Shown here piece after piece: positions 22,470-31,841 of a stretch of 64,000 bases of DNA. The position numbers and the translations under genes were made by a program. The stretch comes from an uncultured Candidatus Rokubacteria bacterium (lineage in GTDB: Bacteria; Methylomirabilota; Methylomirabilia; Rokubacteriales; DASRDR01): the NCBI GenBank assembly GCA_963826115.1, contig CAWGVS010000005.1, forward strand, positions 160,001 through 224,000, in the 5' to 3' direction. A model generated the notes under the pieces. It worked only from the letters and a program-made list of their open reading frames with translations, did not search any database and had not been told where the DNA came from. Position 1 is the first letter of the stretch. Each line of letters opens with the position of its first letter.

Positions 22470-23369
22470 TCACCCCTTCAACTTCGGGATGACGTCGCGC
22501 GCGATCCGCTCGAACGCCGGCCGCTGGTCGGCCACTGCGGGGAAGTAGAGGCCGAGCTCGGACATGCCGAGCTCGCGAAGACGGCCCACCATGTCGCCGA
22601 AGGCGCCTGCGGAGTCGTAGTACGCGAGGCGGCCACCGCTGGCGCGCGCCGCCGGGTCGAACATGAGGTAGGAGCGCCGGATCGACGCCGGATCCCGGCC
22701 GATGGCGGCGCAGGCGTCGTCCATCCGCGCCGCGCGCTCGGCCGTCTCGGCGAGCTGCGCGTCGAAGGTCTTGGCGAAGCTCAGACTGTTCCAGTTGTCG
22801 GCGTGGCGCGCCGCGTGCCGGAGCATCGCGGGGCCGAGCGCGGCGACGATGATGGGCGGGCGAGGCCGCTGGACGGGGCGGGGGTTCATCATCACGTCCT
22901 TGACCTGGTAGTACCGCCCCGCGTAGCTCGACTGCTCGTTCGAGAGCAGCCGGTCCACGATCTCCACGTACTCCGCGAACCGCGCCACGCGCTCCTTCGG
23001 CTCCCAGTTGGGGATGCCGATCATGTCGTACGCGGGATCGATGCTGAGGCCGGTGCCGAGACCCACCTCGAGCCGACCCCCGGAGACGTGGTCCACCGTG
23101 AGCGCCTGGCGCGCCAGCATGGCGGGGTGGCGGAGCGGGATCTGGGAGACGAGGGTCGCGAGCCTGATGCGCGTCGTGGCCCGCGCCGCGGCCGCCAGGA
23201 CGGTCCAGGCCTCGAGCCAGGGCGTCGCGGGCTTCGTCCAGTCCACGAAGTGGTCGGCGGTGCTGACCACGTCGAAGCCGAGGTCCTCGACGTAGGTGAA
23301 GCGGCGCACCATCTCGTCCCACGGGACGTTCGGCAGGACGAGGACCTGAAATCTCAGGTCGTGAGTCAC
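22470..23369 (-). CDS. LLM-class flavin-dependent oxidoreductase
   Basis: ADHF, TTRIRLATLV, RHPAMLARQALTVDHVSGGRLEVGLG. Confidence 0.9.
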   Translation of the reverse strand: MTHDLRFQVLVLPNVPWDEMVRRFTYVEDLGFDVVSTADHFVDWTKPATPWLEAWTVLAAAARATTRIRLATLVSQIPLRHPAMLARQALTVDHVSGGRLEVGLGTGLSIDPAYDMIGIPNWEPKERVARFAEYVEIVDRLLSNEQSSYAGRYYQVKDVMMNPRPVQRPRPPIIVAALGPAMLRHAARHADNWNSLSFAKTFDAQLAETAERAARMDDACAAIGRDPASIRRSYLMFDPAARASGGRLAYYDSAGAFGDMVGRLRELGMSELGLYFPAVADQRPAFERIARDVIPKLKG

Positions 23370-23382
23370 GGCTCGACCGCGG

Positions 23383-24255
23383 CTAGCTCATCCCCGGCAC
23401 GAAGGCGTCGCGCCCGCGCTGGTACGTCGGCTGCCGCTGGGCGACGTTGCGGTTGACCAGCGGACGGAGGTAGAGCGGGCTCCGGAGGCTCCGGACCTCG
23501 TGCTCGACCGTGAAGAGCACCCGTCCCGTGTCCGGGTCGACGATGTTCTCGAACCGGTACTGGTACCAGTTGCTCTCCTCGGTGACGAGGCCCCGCTCCG
23601 CGAGCCAGCGGTGCGGCCCGGAGAAGTTCGCGATGTAGATCTGGACGTGGTGGCCGTCGTAGGGCGGGATCGGGTCCGCGGTCTCGCGGAAGACGAGCTC
23701 CTGCTGCGGCCCGACCGTGACCCGCGCCGCCACCGCGCCGCCGTGGCGGGCGACCACCGAAGGCGCGCCGAGCCCTTCCCGGTAGAAGCGCGCGATGCCG
23801 TCCGCGGCGCCCTGCTCGACGGTGAACTCGATGTACGGCATGCCGAGCGTCATGTCCCCGAAGGCCGGGCCGGGCGGGTGGCAGCGCAGGACGTTGCCCC
23901 AGGGCGAGACCACCCGGACGTGCTTGTCCTCGATCGAGTAGGCGAACCGGGTGCCGGCGAGCGGTCCCTTCACCGTGGCCAGACGCGCGGGGAGCTCGTC
24001 GAAGTCGGGAATGACGAGGCCGACATCGCCGCGGAGCACCTGCGCCGGGCCCGTGGGCAGGTGGAACTGCTGCTGGCCGATGTTGGCCCACATGTTCGTG
24101 AGCCCGACCATCAGGTACGGGTCGCGGGTCAGGCCGAGCCCCACGAAGTAGAAGAGCGTGGCGAGCTGCTGGTCCGGAATTTTGACGTTCACGTGCTCCA
24201 GCGCCACGATGTTGCCCACGTCCTGGGTGCTCCGGTCGTACTTGCCGTCCGCCAT
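23383..24255 (-). CDS. VOC/glyoxalase-like hypothetical protein
   Basis: GGGAGG RBS before MADGKYD; LEHVNV..PD...A..FY..GLGL and GHHVQIY repeats of VOC type. Confidence 0.7.
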   Translation of the reverse strand: MADGKYDRSTQDVGNIVALEHVNVKIPDQQLATLFYFVGLGLTRDPYLMVGLTNMWANIGQQQFHLPTGPAQVLRGDVGLVIPDFDELPARLATVKGPLAGTRFAYSIEDKHVRVVSPWGNVLRCHPPGPAFGDMTLGMPYIEFTVEQGAADGIARFYREGLGAPSVVARHGGAVAARVTVGPQQELVFRETADPIPPYDGHHVQIYIANFSGPHRWLAERGLVTEESNWYQYRFENIVDPDTGRVLFTVEHEVRSLRSPLYLRPLVNRNVAQRQPTYQRGRDAFVPGMS

Positions 24256-24377
24256 GGCGTCGCCTCCCGCTCGATGGGCCTGCCGTCGCCGCCAGCTTAG
24301 CGCGGTCTCCCCGGCGGGACAACGCTGCCGGAAGCGGCCCGGGACAGGGGAGCGGCGGCGGGACGGACTCGCCCGCG

Positions 24378-25176
24378 CTACGAGGTGGCGAGAAACTCGC
24401 CCACGAGCCGGGCGACGCGGTCCGGCTGCTCGAGGTGCGGGGCGTGGCCGGCCCCGTCGACGGTGGCCACGCGGGCGCCGGCGATCCGTCGTGCGAACTC
24501 CTCGGCGTACACCCGCGGGACGATCCGGTCCTCCTCTCCCCAGACGACGAGCGTCGGGGCGCTGACCCGGTGGATCCGCCGCTTCAGCCCCTTGTCCGGT
24601 ATCGGCCAGAGGAACTTGCCGGTGGCGCCCATGGCCCACTGGAGACCGACCCGCGCCAGGATCCGCGCTTCTGGGTCCTCCGGCGGCGCGAACATTCGTC
24701 GCGCGGCCTCGCCGTCGGCGTCGCGGAAGACGCGGCCCGGCGAGATCCGTGTGCGCGAGGAGCATCCAGTTGGGGATGGGCGTGTCGTCGCGCCAGAGCC
24801 CGAGCGCGTCGATCAGGACGAGCCGCGCCGCGCGGGCGGGGTAGGCGGCCGCGACCTCGCAGGCGACCATGGCCCCGAACGAGTGGCCGACCAGGTGCGC
24901 CCTCTCGAGACCGAGCCCGGCGAGGAGCTCCTCGTAGCACAGGACCAGGTCCCAGACGCCGTCGAGGGCGTAGATGTCGTCGGGTCGGTCCGGCGAGGTG
25001 CCGGGGTGCTCGGGAGCGTAGATGGTGAAGCGCTCGGCCAGCTCGTCCAGGAACGGATCCCACGCGAGCCCCCACGGCCCGTGGAAGAAGACGAGGGCGG
25101 GGCCGCGTCCTTTCGTGCGGACGCGCATGTGGACCTGGCCCTGCCAGACGGCGACCGTCCGGAGCGTGGCGGTCAT
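24378..25176 (-). pseudogene. Alpha/beta hydrolase with one extra base near 24736 (pseudogene or sequencing error; ~265 aa if corrected)
   Basis: FFHG, GHSFG nucleophile elbow; frame switch after LAG to RVFRD; continues PTLVVWGEEDRIVP...AGHAPHLEQP. Confidence 0.85.
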
Positions 25177-26429
25177 CCGACGGTCGGGACGGCCGCGGCC
25201 GCCACCGGGGGACGGGCAGGCTCGCGGAGCCCCCGGGGCCACCAGTGGTTCACCCAGCCCTCGTCGTCCCAGAGCCCGCGGAGGTGGGGCAGGACCTCCT
25301 GGCCGAGGAGCGAGATGTTCTTCAGCGTGAGCTCGTGGGACATGGAGCCGATGTGGACGAGGAGCATCAGGTTCCCGACGCGCAGGCCCTTCACCACCTC
25401 TTCCTCGAGACGCTGACGGACGGTGGCCGGGCTTCCCGCGATCACGTAGCCCCGCTCCGCGAAATCCCGGAACTTGAGGTCCTTGGGATCCTCGGTCCGC
25501 CGCATGGGGTTGCGAGCGGCGGCGAGGAGGCTGCGGTAGTCCTGGTTGCCGGGCGGCGAGAACCACGGCGTCGGGACGTGCAGGCACTTGTGGTAGAAGT
25601 ACTCGACGTGCCGCGCGTAGTCCGCCTCGGCGCGCGCGTCGGTCTCCGACACTGCGACCAGCTGGAGGAACCCCGCGCGGTACGGGTTCGGCTCCTTGCC
25701 GCTCCGTGCCACGACGTCCCAGTAGGCGTCCATCAGCTTCTTCGCCGGCCGGGCCCCCGAGTAGCTCAGGAAGCAGTAGCAGACGTCGTGCTCGACGGCG
25801 AAGTCGAACGTGCTGATGCTTCCGGAGCCAGGCACCCACACCGGGGGATGCGGGGTCTGGATCGGGCGCGGCCACAGGTTCACGTTGGCCAGCTGGTAGT
25901 AGCGGCCGTTCCAGGCGAAGATCTCCCGTGCCTGCCACGCCTTGAGGGTGAGGGCGAACGCCTCGCGGTACCGCTCGCGCTGCTCGATCGGCGTGATCCC
26001 GTAGCAGAGGTTCACGTCCATCGGACTGCCGAGAGGCAGGCCGGCGACGAGTCGCCCCCCGCTGATGCAGTCGAGCATCGCGTACTCCTCGGCGACGCGG
26101 ATGGGCGGGTTCGACGTGGGCAGGGTGGACCCCATCTGCACGATGGCGACGTTCGTGCCCTGCGTGAGCTTGGCCAGCGCGCTCCCCATCAGGTTGGGGC
26201 TCGGCATGAAGCCGTATGCGTTCTGGTGATGCTCGTTGGTGCAGATGCCGTCGAACCCCGCGCGCGCGGCGTACAGGAGCTCGTCGAGCGTCCAGTTGTA
26301 GTACTCGCCCACCCGCCGGGCGTCGGCCAGCTCCCACCAGGGCGGCGTCACCCAGACCGAGTCGTAGCGCTGCTCGAAGTCGTCCGGAAGCTCCCGGTGC
26401 GGCATCAGGTGGAAGGCGCTGATCTTCAT
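25173..26429 (-). CDS. LLM-class (luciferase-like) monooxygenase
   Basis: AAAGGAG RBS; NEHHQNAYG..PSPN; RVAEEYAMLDCISGGRLVAG; PRPIQTPHPPVW. Confidence 0.9.
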   Translation of the reverse strand: MKISAFHLMPHRELPDDFEQRYDSVWVTPPWWELADARRVGEYYNWTLDELLYAARAGFDGICTNEHHQNAYGFMPSPNLMGSALAKLTQGTNVAIVQMGSTLPTSNPPIRVAEEYAMLDCISGGRLVAGLPLGSPMDVNLCYGITPIEQRERYREAFALTLKAWQAREIFAWNGRYYQLANVNLWPRPIQTPHPPVWVPGSGSISTFDFAVEHDVCYCFLSYSGARPAKKLMDAYWDVVARSGKEPNPYRAGFLQLVAVSETDARAEADYARHVEYFYHKCLHVPTPWFSPPGNQDYRSLLAAARNPMRRTEDPKDLKFRDFAERGYVIAGSPATVRQRLEEEVVKGLRVGNLMLLVHIGSMSHELTLKNISLLGQEVLPHLRGLWDDEGWVNHWWPRGLREPARPPVAAAAVPTVG

Positions 26430-26455
26430 GGGGCTCCTTTCGAGACAGCGCGTCC

Positions 26456-26485
26456 ACCGTACGAGGCGTCTCGCGACGCTGTCAA
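26456..26485 (-). promoter_or_regulatory. Sigma-70-type promoter of the LLM/hydrolase operon with a palindrome in the spacer
   Basis: Minus strand TTGACA-N18-TACGGT; spacer contains GCGTC-GCGA-GACGC. Confidence 0.5.
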
Positions 26486-26630
26486 TCCCGCCGTGACTCC
26501 GCGCGACCGCGCGGGGCGCGCCCGGCCGGGCCGTTGCGGCGGCCGGCGGCGGTGACCTATGCTGCCCGCGGCAGGGAGGGATCGACTTGCTCGAGGGCCG
26601 CGACGTCCGCGTCTCACCGACGGTCCGCTG

Positions 26631-27623
26631 ATGCGCATCGACCTCCACACCCACGTCGTGCCCGATCGCTGGGAGGACTTCGCGAGCCGCCACGGCGGCG
26701 GCCGGTGGCCGCGCCTGGTCCACCGCGACGCCTGCCGGGCCACGATCATGACGGGCGATGCCGTCTTCCGCGAGGTCGACGACCGGTCGTGGCGCCCGGA
26801 GCGGCGGATCGAGGACATGGACCGGCTGGGGATCGATCGCCAGGCGCTCTCGCCGCCTCCGATCATGTTCTGCTACTGGGCCGAGCCGCGCGCCGCCCAG
26901 GCCTTCGCCCGGATCCAGAACGAGAACGTGGCGGCCATCGTCGCGCGGTACCCGCGGCGATTCGTCGGGATGGCCACGGTGCCGCTCCAGGATCCCGCCC
27001 TCGCCATCGAGGAGCTCCGCGAGGCGCGCGAGCGGCTCGGCCTCCGCGCGGTCGAGATCGGGACCTGCCCGGGCGGACGGGACTTCGACGACCCGGACCT
27101 GTTCCCGTTCTTCGCCGCCTGCCGCGACCTCGACGTCGCGGTGTTCGTCCACCCCGCCGCGCCGCTCGTGGGGCAGGAGCGGCTCACGAAGTACTACTTT
27201 CAGCTGATCGTCGGGAACCCGCTCGAGACGGCGGTGGCCATCTCGAAGCTGATCTACGGCGGCGTGCTGGAGCGCCTGCCCGACCTCCGCATCTGCTTCG
27301 CCCACGGCGGCGGGGCGTTCCCGTTCACGCTCGGTCGGCTGGACTACGGCTGGTCGGTGCGGCCGGAGGGTCCGGCGTCCATCCCGAGACGGCCACGGGA
27401 GTACGCGCGGCTCCTCCACTTCGACTCCCTCACGCACAGCCCGGCCAACCTCCGGTTCCTGGTCGCCGAGTTCGGCGCCGACCGGGTGGTCATGGGCAGC
27501 GACTACCCGTTCGACATGGGCAGCCCGGACCCGGTGGCGGCCATTGGCGAGGCGGGGCTCGACCCGCGAGCCCGGTCGCTCGTCGAGGGGGGCACGGCGG
27601 CGCGGTTCCTCGCGCTCGCTTGA
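26631..27623 (+). CDS. Amidohydrolase_2 family decarboxylase/hydratase (ACMSD-like)
   Basis: IDLHTH, FVHP, AHGGG, MGSDYPF. Confidence 0.9.
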   Translation: MRIDLHTHVVPDRWEDFASRHGGGRWPRLVHRDACRATIMTGDAVFREVDDRSWRPERRIEDMDRLGIDRQALSPPPIMFCYWAEPRAAQAFARIQNENVAAIVARYPRRFVGMATVPLQDPALAIEELREARERLGLRAVEIGTCPGGRDFDDPDLFPFFAACRDLDVAVFVHPAAPLVGQERLTKYYFQLIVGNPLETAVAISKLIYGGVLERLPDLRICFAHGGGAFPFTLGRLDYGWSVRPEGPASIPRRPREYARLLHFDSLTHSPANLRFLVAEFGADRVVMGSDYPFDMGSPDPVAAIGEAGLDPRARSLVEGGTAARFLALA

Positions 27624-27645
27624 CGCCCGCGGGTCCGGCGCGACA

Positions 27646-27927
27646 ATGAAGGTGATGAGAGCGATCGTCGCGGCCGCGACCCTTCTCTTCCTCGCCGGGG
27701 CGGCGAGCGCCCAGTCAGGCGGGGTGTCCGGGGCCATCGACCGGCAGCAGCAGAACCTGGCGATCCAACAGGAGCAGCGTCGCCAGGAGGTCGAGCGGCA
27801 GACGGGGACTCTCCAGCGGCAGCAGGAGCGGAGCCTCGACCTCCAGCTCCTCCAGCGGCAGCAGCCGATCCGGCCGCCGGGCTCGCCGAGCTGCGCGCCC
27901 GTCCGCGGCCCGCTCCTCTGCCAGTAA
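27646..27927 (+). CDS. Small secreted Gln-rich protein
   Basis: Signal peptide ending ASA-Q; Q/R/E helical core; two C-terminal Cys; alternative ATG at 27655. Confidence 0.65.
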   Translation: MKVMRAIVAAATLLFLAGAASAQSGGVSGAIDRQQQNLAIQQEQRRQEVERQTGTLQRQQERSLDLQLLQRQQPIRPPGSPSCAPVRGPLLCQ

Positions 27928-27964
27928 GCCGACCGCCCGGCCGGCTCCGCGTCCCGGGACGCGC

Positions 27965-28936
27965 CTACGTGTCGAGCAGCGACTCGTGGAAGAGCTCGTC
28001 CGCCGACAGGCGCCGCGGCGCCAGGCCCTGGCGGAACGAGTAACCGGCCAGCGTCTCCACGGTCTTGCGGGTCCGGGCGACGCCGTAGGGGAACGGGTCG
28101 TCTCCCATCAGGGCTCGGGTCTCCTCGACCTCGGCCACCAGCCACGGCAGGACGTAGGGCAAGGTCGCCGTGTCCGCCACGCGCCGGTAGGCGACGCGCT
28201 TCGCCTCGCCGAACGCCTCGTAGAGGGCCCGCGGGAGCCGCGGGTGCGCGCGCGCCAGCTCCTCCTTGATGACCACCGTGTGCATGATGGGGAAGATCCC
28301 GGTCCTCTGGTAGTAATCGCGCTCCACGCGCCGGAAGTCCGGGAACAGCCGGCGCACCGCCGCGCCGCTTCCCGCGCCCGCCGGCCTCCGGGCGCCCACG
28401 AACGCGTCGAGCTCCCCGGAGGCCAGGAGCTGGCCGAGCGTCCGGTCGCCGGGCACCACTTGGTGGGGCACGTCCGGCGGCAGTGTCACGTCGACCTCCT
28501 TCACCGCCGAGCCCTCGCCGCCCTCGAACCACTGCATGTCGCGGGGGGCCACGCCGTACTCGTCCTCCAAGATGCCCCGGACCCACACGGCGGCGGTCAT
28601 GTGGTACTTCGGCACCCCCACGCGCTTGCCGACGAGGTCGCGGGGCTCCCGGATCCCCGCGTCGTCGCGCACGAAGATCGCCGAGTGTCGGAACGAGAAG
28701 GACGGGAAGACCGGAATGGCCACCAGCGGCACGCCGCGCCCGCGGAGCACGGTGTAGGTCGACAGGGAAAGCTCCGAGACGTCGAACTCGCGGAAGCGCG
28801 CCATCCGGTAGAACATCTCCTCGGGCTCCAGGGGGATCACCCGGAGCTCGACCCCATCCGGGCGCACCGCCCCGGTGCGGAGCGGCAGCGTGCGATCGTA
28901 GTCGCCGCAGGCGAGCGTGAGCGCGAGCGAGCTCAT
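27965..28936 (-). CDS. 4,5-dihydroxyphthalate decarboxylase-like (periplasmic-binding fold) protein
   Basis: LTLACGDYDRT, FDVSELSLSTY, AIPVFPS..FRHS, YHMTAAVWVRG, TGIFPIMH. Confidence 0.85.
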   Translation of the reverse strand: MSSLALTLACGDYDRTLPLRTGAVRPDGVELRVIPLEPEEMFYRMARFREFDVSELSLSTYTVLRGRGVPLVAIPVFPSFSFRHSAIFVRDDAGIREPRDLVGKRVGVPKYHMTAAVWVRGILEDEYGVAPRDMQWFEGGEGSAVKEVDVTLPPDVPHQVVPGDRTLGQLLASGELDAFVGARRPAGAGSGAAVRRLFPDFRRVERDYYQRTGIFPIMHTVVIKEELARAHPRLPRALYEAFGEAKRVAYRRVADTATLPYVLPWLVAEVEETRALMGDDPFPYGVARTRKTVETLAGYSFRQGLAPRRLSADELFHESLLDT

Positions 28937-29048
28937 GGCAAGTTGACGCCTCTCGGCTCGATAACCTAGCATGCCCTCGCGGATCGGCGGAACCGGACGA
29001 TGGACGCTCCGCCGCCGAGCGCGCCGAACCCATGCGGGAGCTGCTCCG

Positions 29049-31034
29049 ATAGCCGATCTCGTCCACGCCGCCTGGACCGGGCTGGCCCAGGTCGTCGCCT
29101 GGCCCACGTTCGGGCTGATGCTGATCGGCGTCGCCATCGGATTCGCCGTCGGCATCCTGCCTGGACTCGGGGGCCCGACGACGCTCGCCCTGATGCTCCC
29201 GTTCGTCCTCAAGATGAATCCGGTCGAGGCGTTCGCGTTCCTCCTCGGGATGCTTGCGGTGACGAGCACGACGGGGGATATCACGTCGATCCTCTTCGGC
29301 ATCCCGGGCGAGCCGACGTCGGCGGCCGTCATCGTGGACGGCCACGCGATGGCCAAGCGCGGGGAGGCGGGCCGAGCCCTCGGGGCCGCCATGATGAGCT
29401 CCCTCATCGGCGCCATCTTCGGCGCGCTGGTCCTCGGGCTCGCCATCCCCCTCGTGCGGCCCCTCGTGCTCGCCTTCGGCTCGCCGGAGTTCTTCATGCT
29501 GGCGGTGTTGGGGATCACGTTCGTGGCGTCGCTGAGCGGCGAGGCCCTGCTCCCCGGGCTGGTGGCGGGGGCGCTCGGCCTCTGGCTGGCGACGATCGGC
29601 CTCGATCCGCTCACCGGGATCCAGCGCTACACGTTCGGCCAGCTCTTCCTCTGGGACGGGATCGGGCTCGTGCCGGTGACGATCGGGTTCTACGCGATCC
29701 CGGAGCTGGTGGACCTCGCGGTCCACCGCTCGAGCATCGCCCAGGTGGACGTTGGCCCCGTGGGCGGGGTGTGGCAGGGAGTCCGCGACGCGTTTCGTCA
29801 CTGGTTCTTGGTCCTCCGGTGCAGCGCGGTGGGCACGTTCGTGTCCGTGATCCCGGGGCTCGGAGCGGCGACCACGCAGTGGCTCGCGTACGCCCACGCC
29901 GTGCAGAGCTCGCCCGATCGGGCGCGCTTCGGGAAGGGCGCGGTGGAGGGCGTTCTCGGTCCGGGGGCGGCCAACAACTCGACTCTCGGCGGGAGCCTGG
30001 TCACCACGGTGGCGTTCGGCGTCCCGGCCAGCGTCAGCACCGCGATCCTCATGGGGGCCTTCTTCATCCAGGGGCTGGTGCCGGGCCCGTCCATGCTCGC
30101 GCCGGCGCCGAAGGGCAACCTGGCGGTGACGCTCGCGATGGTGTGGACGATCGTGATCTCGAACGTGATCACGGTCGCGGTGTGCCTCCTCTTCATGAGC
30201 CAGCTGGCCCGCATCACGCGGATCCGCGGAACGCTCCTCGTCCCGCTCATCCTGACGCTCGTGTACGTCGGGGCGTTCGCCGAGAAGAACGTCTTCGAGG
30301 ACCTCGGCGTGGTGCTCCTGTTCGGCGCGCTGGGGCTCGCCATGGCCCGGCTCGGCTGGCCCCGGCCGCCCCTCCTCCTGGGCCTCGTGCTGGGGCCCCT
30401 GGCGGAGAACCGGCTCTTCCTCGCGACGGACAACTACGGCGCGGCCTGGCTCCTGCGTCCCGGCGTGCTGCTGCTCCTCGGGGTCGCGGCGGTCGGGATC
30501 GTGGTGCCGCTCCTCCGGCGGCGGAGACGACCGTCCCCGCCGGTCGAGGCGGAAGCGTCGCTCGCGCGCCCGCATCGCCGCCTGGACGCCCGCGTCGCCT
30601 TCAGTCTCGGGGTCGTGCTGCTCTTCCTCTGGGCGCTCTGGCAGAGTCGGGGCTTCGGCGTGCGGGCCGGGTTGTTCCCGTGGGCGGTGACCGTGCCGGG
30701 GCTGTGTCTGGCGATCGCGCAGCTCGCGCGGGATCTGGCGGGGACGCCCGCGCGGAGTCCCACACCGGAGCTCCCGTCCGAGGAGAGCGGGAACCGCACC
30801 GTCGAGATCGCCGCGTGGATCGTCGGGATGTTCGCCGCGATCTGGTTCCTCGGCTTCGCCGCTGCGACGCTTCTGACGACGTTCCTCTATCTCAAGCTGG
30901 GGGCGCGCGAGCGCTGGGCGACCAGCCTCGTACTGAGCCTCGCCGCCTTTCTCTTCGTGTACGGCCTGTTCCAACACGCGCTGGGCGTGCCGTTCCCGCC
31001 GGGCCGGGCGCTTGACTGGCTCGGGTACGGCTAG
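29049..31034 (+). CDS. tctA: Tripartite tricarboxylate transporter TctA with C-terminally fused TctB
   Basis: GILPGLG, ILFGIPGEP, GAANNS, GLVPGP TctA motifs, then a 4-TM TctB-like tail ending LGVPFPPG; start uncertain (ATA 29049 or ATG 28971). Confidence 0.85.
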   Translation: MADLVHAAWTGLAQVVAWPTFGLMLIGVAIGFAVGILPGLGGPTTLALMLPFVLKMNPVEAFAFLLGMLAVTSTTGDITSILFGIPGEPTSAAVIVDGHAMAKRGEAGRALGAAMMSSLIGAIFGALVLGLAIPLVRPLVLAFGSPEFFMLAVLGITFVASLSGEALLPGLVAGALGLWLATIGLDPLTGIQRYTFGQLFLWDGIGLVPVTIGFYAIPELVDLAVHRSSIAQVDVGPVGGVWQGVRDAFRHWFLVLRCSAVGTFVSVIPGLGAATTQWLAYAHAVQSSPDRARFGKGAVEGVLGPGAANNSTLGGSLVTTVAFGVPASVSTAILMGAFFIQGLVPGPSMLAPAPKGNLAVTLAMVWTIVISNVITVAVCLLFMSQLARITRIRGTLLVPLILTLVYVGAFAEKNVFEDLGVVLLFGALGLAMARLGWPRPPLLLGLVLGPLAENRLFLATDNYGAAWLLRPGVLLLLGVAAVGIVVPLLRRRRRPSPPVEAEASLARPHRRLDARVAFSLGVVLLFLWALWQSRGFGVRAGLFPWAVTVPGLCLAIAQLARDLAGTPARSPTPELPSEESGNRTVEIAAWIVGMFAAIWFLGFAAATLLTTFLYLKLGARERWATSLVLSLAAFLFVYGLFQHALGVPFPPGRALDWLGYG

Positions 31035-31066
31035 CCCGCGACGCCGGAGACGGAGGAGGACACCAG

Positions 31067-31801
31067 GTGTCGGAAGAGACTGGCCTCGAATCGGTGCTGG
31101 ACGACCTCGTCATCGCCAACCGCATTCTTGCCAACGAAGGCGTCATCGACGCCTTCGGCCACGTGAGCGTCCGGCATCCGGGGCGCGCGGACCGCTACCT
31201 CCTGGCGCGGTCCCGGAGCCCGGAACTCGTCGAGCGCGGCGACGTGATGGAGTTCGACCTCGACAACCAACCGATCGACGAGCGCGGGCGCACGATGTAC
31301 TCCGAGCGGCCGATCCACGGGTCGACGTACCGGACCCGCCCGGACGTGAGGGCCGTGTGCCACAATCACGCGCGCTCGCTCATCCCGTTCGGCGTCACGG
31401 GGACGTCGCTCCGGCCGGTCTTCCACATCGCGGGCTCGCTCGGCGCCGAGATCCCCGTCTGGGACGTCCGGGAGGAGTTCGGCGACACCGACCTCCTCGT
31501 CACGACCCCGGCCCTCGGCGATTCCCTGGCGCGGAAGCTCGGCCGGCACCGCGTGTGCCTGATGCGAGGTCACGGCGCCGTGGTGGCCACGCACGACCTG
31601 AAGGCGACCGTCTTCGTCTCGATCTACCTGATGGTGAACGCCGCGCTCGTCAAGGAGGCGCGCGAGCTGGGCGAGGTGACCTACCTGAGTGACGGGGAGA
31701 TCCGGCTCACCGAGCAGATGAATTTCCGGGCGCGCTCGCAGAACCGCGCGTGGGAGTACTGGGCCCGGCGGGCCGGCTTCGCCACCACGGTCAACGACTG
31801 A
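31067..31801 (+). CDS. Class II aldolase/adducin family protein
   Basis: DAFGHVSVR, ERPIH..YR.RPDV.AVCHNH, LMRGHG. Confidence 0.9.
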   Translation: MSEETGLESVLDDLVIANRILANEGVIDAFGHVSVRHPGRADRYLLARSRSPELVERGDVMEFDLDNQPIDERGRTMYSERPIHGSTYRTRPDVRAVCHNHARSLIPFGVTGTSLRPVFHIAGSLGAEIPVWDVREEFGDTDLLVTTPALGDSLARKLGRHRVCLMRGHGAVVATHDLKATVFVSIYLMVNAALVKEARELGEVTYLSDGEIRLTEQMNFRARSQNRAWEYWARRAGFATTVND

Positions 31802-31841
31802 CGGGCGGGCGCCGCCGCGCCCGCCCGCCGGAGCTGGCGCT

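Noticed and set aside
10165-24745. Programmed ribosomal frameshifting at the two indel sites
   Set aside because: No slippery heptamer or stimulatory element evident; sequencing error is simpler
23383-30977. 1024-aa and 1934-aa minus-strand ORFs as large fusion proteins
   Set aside because: They concatenate shadow sequence with real genes that have their own starts at 26429, 25176 and 24255
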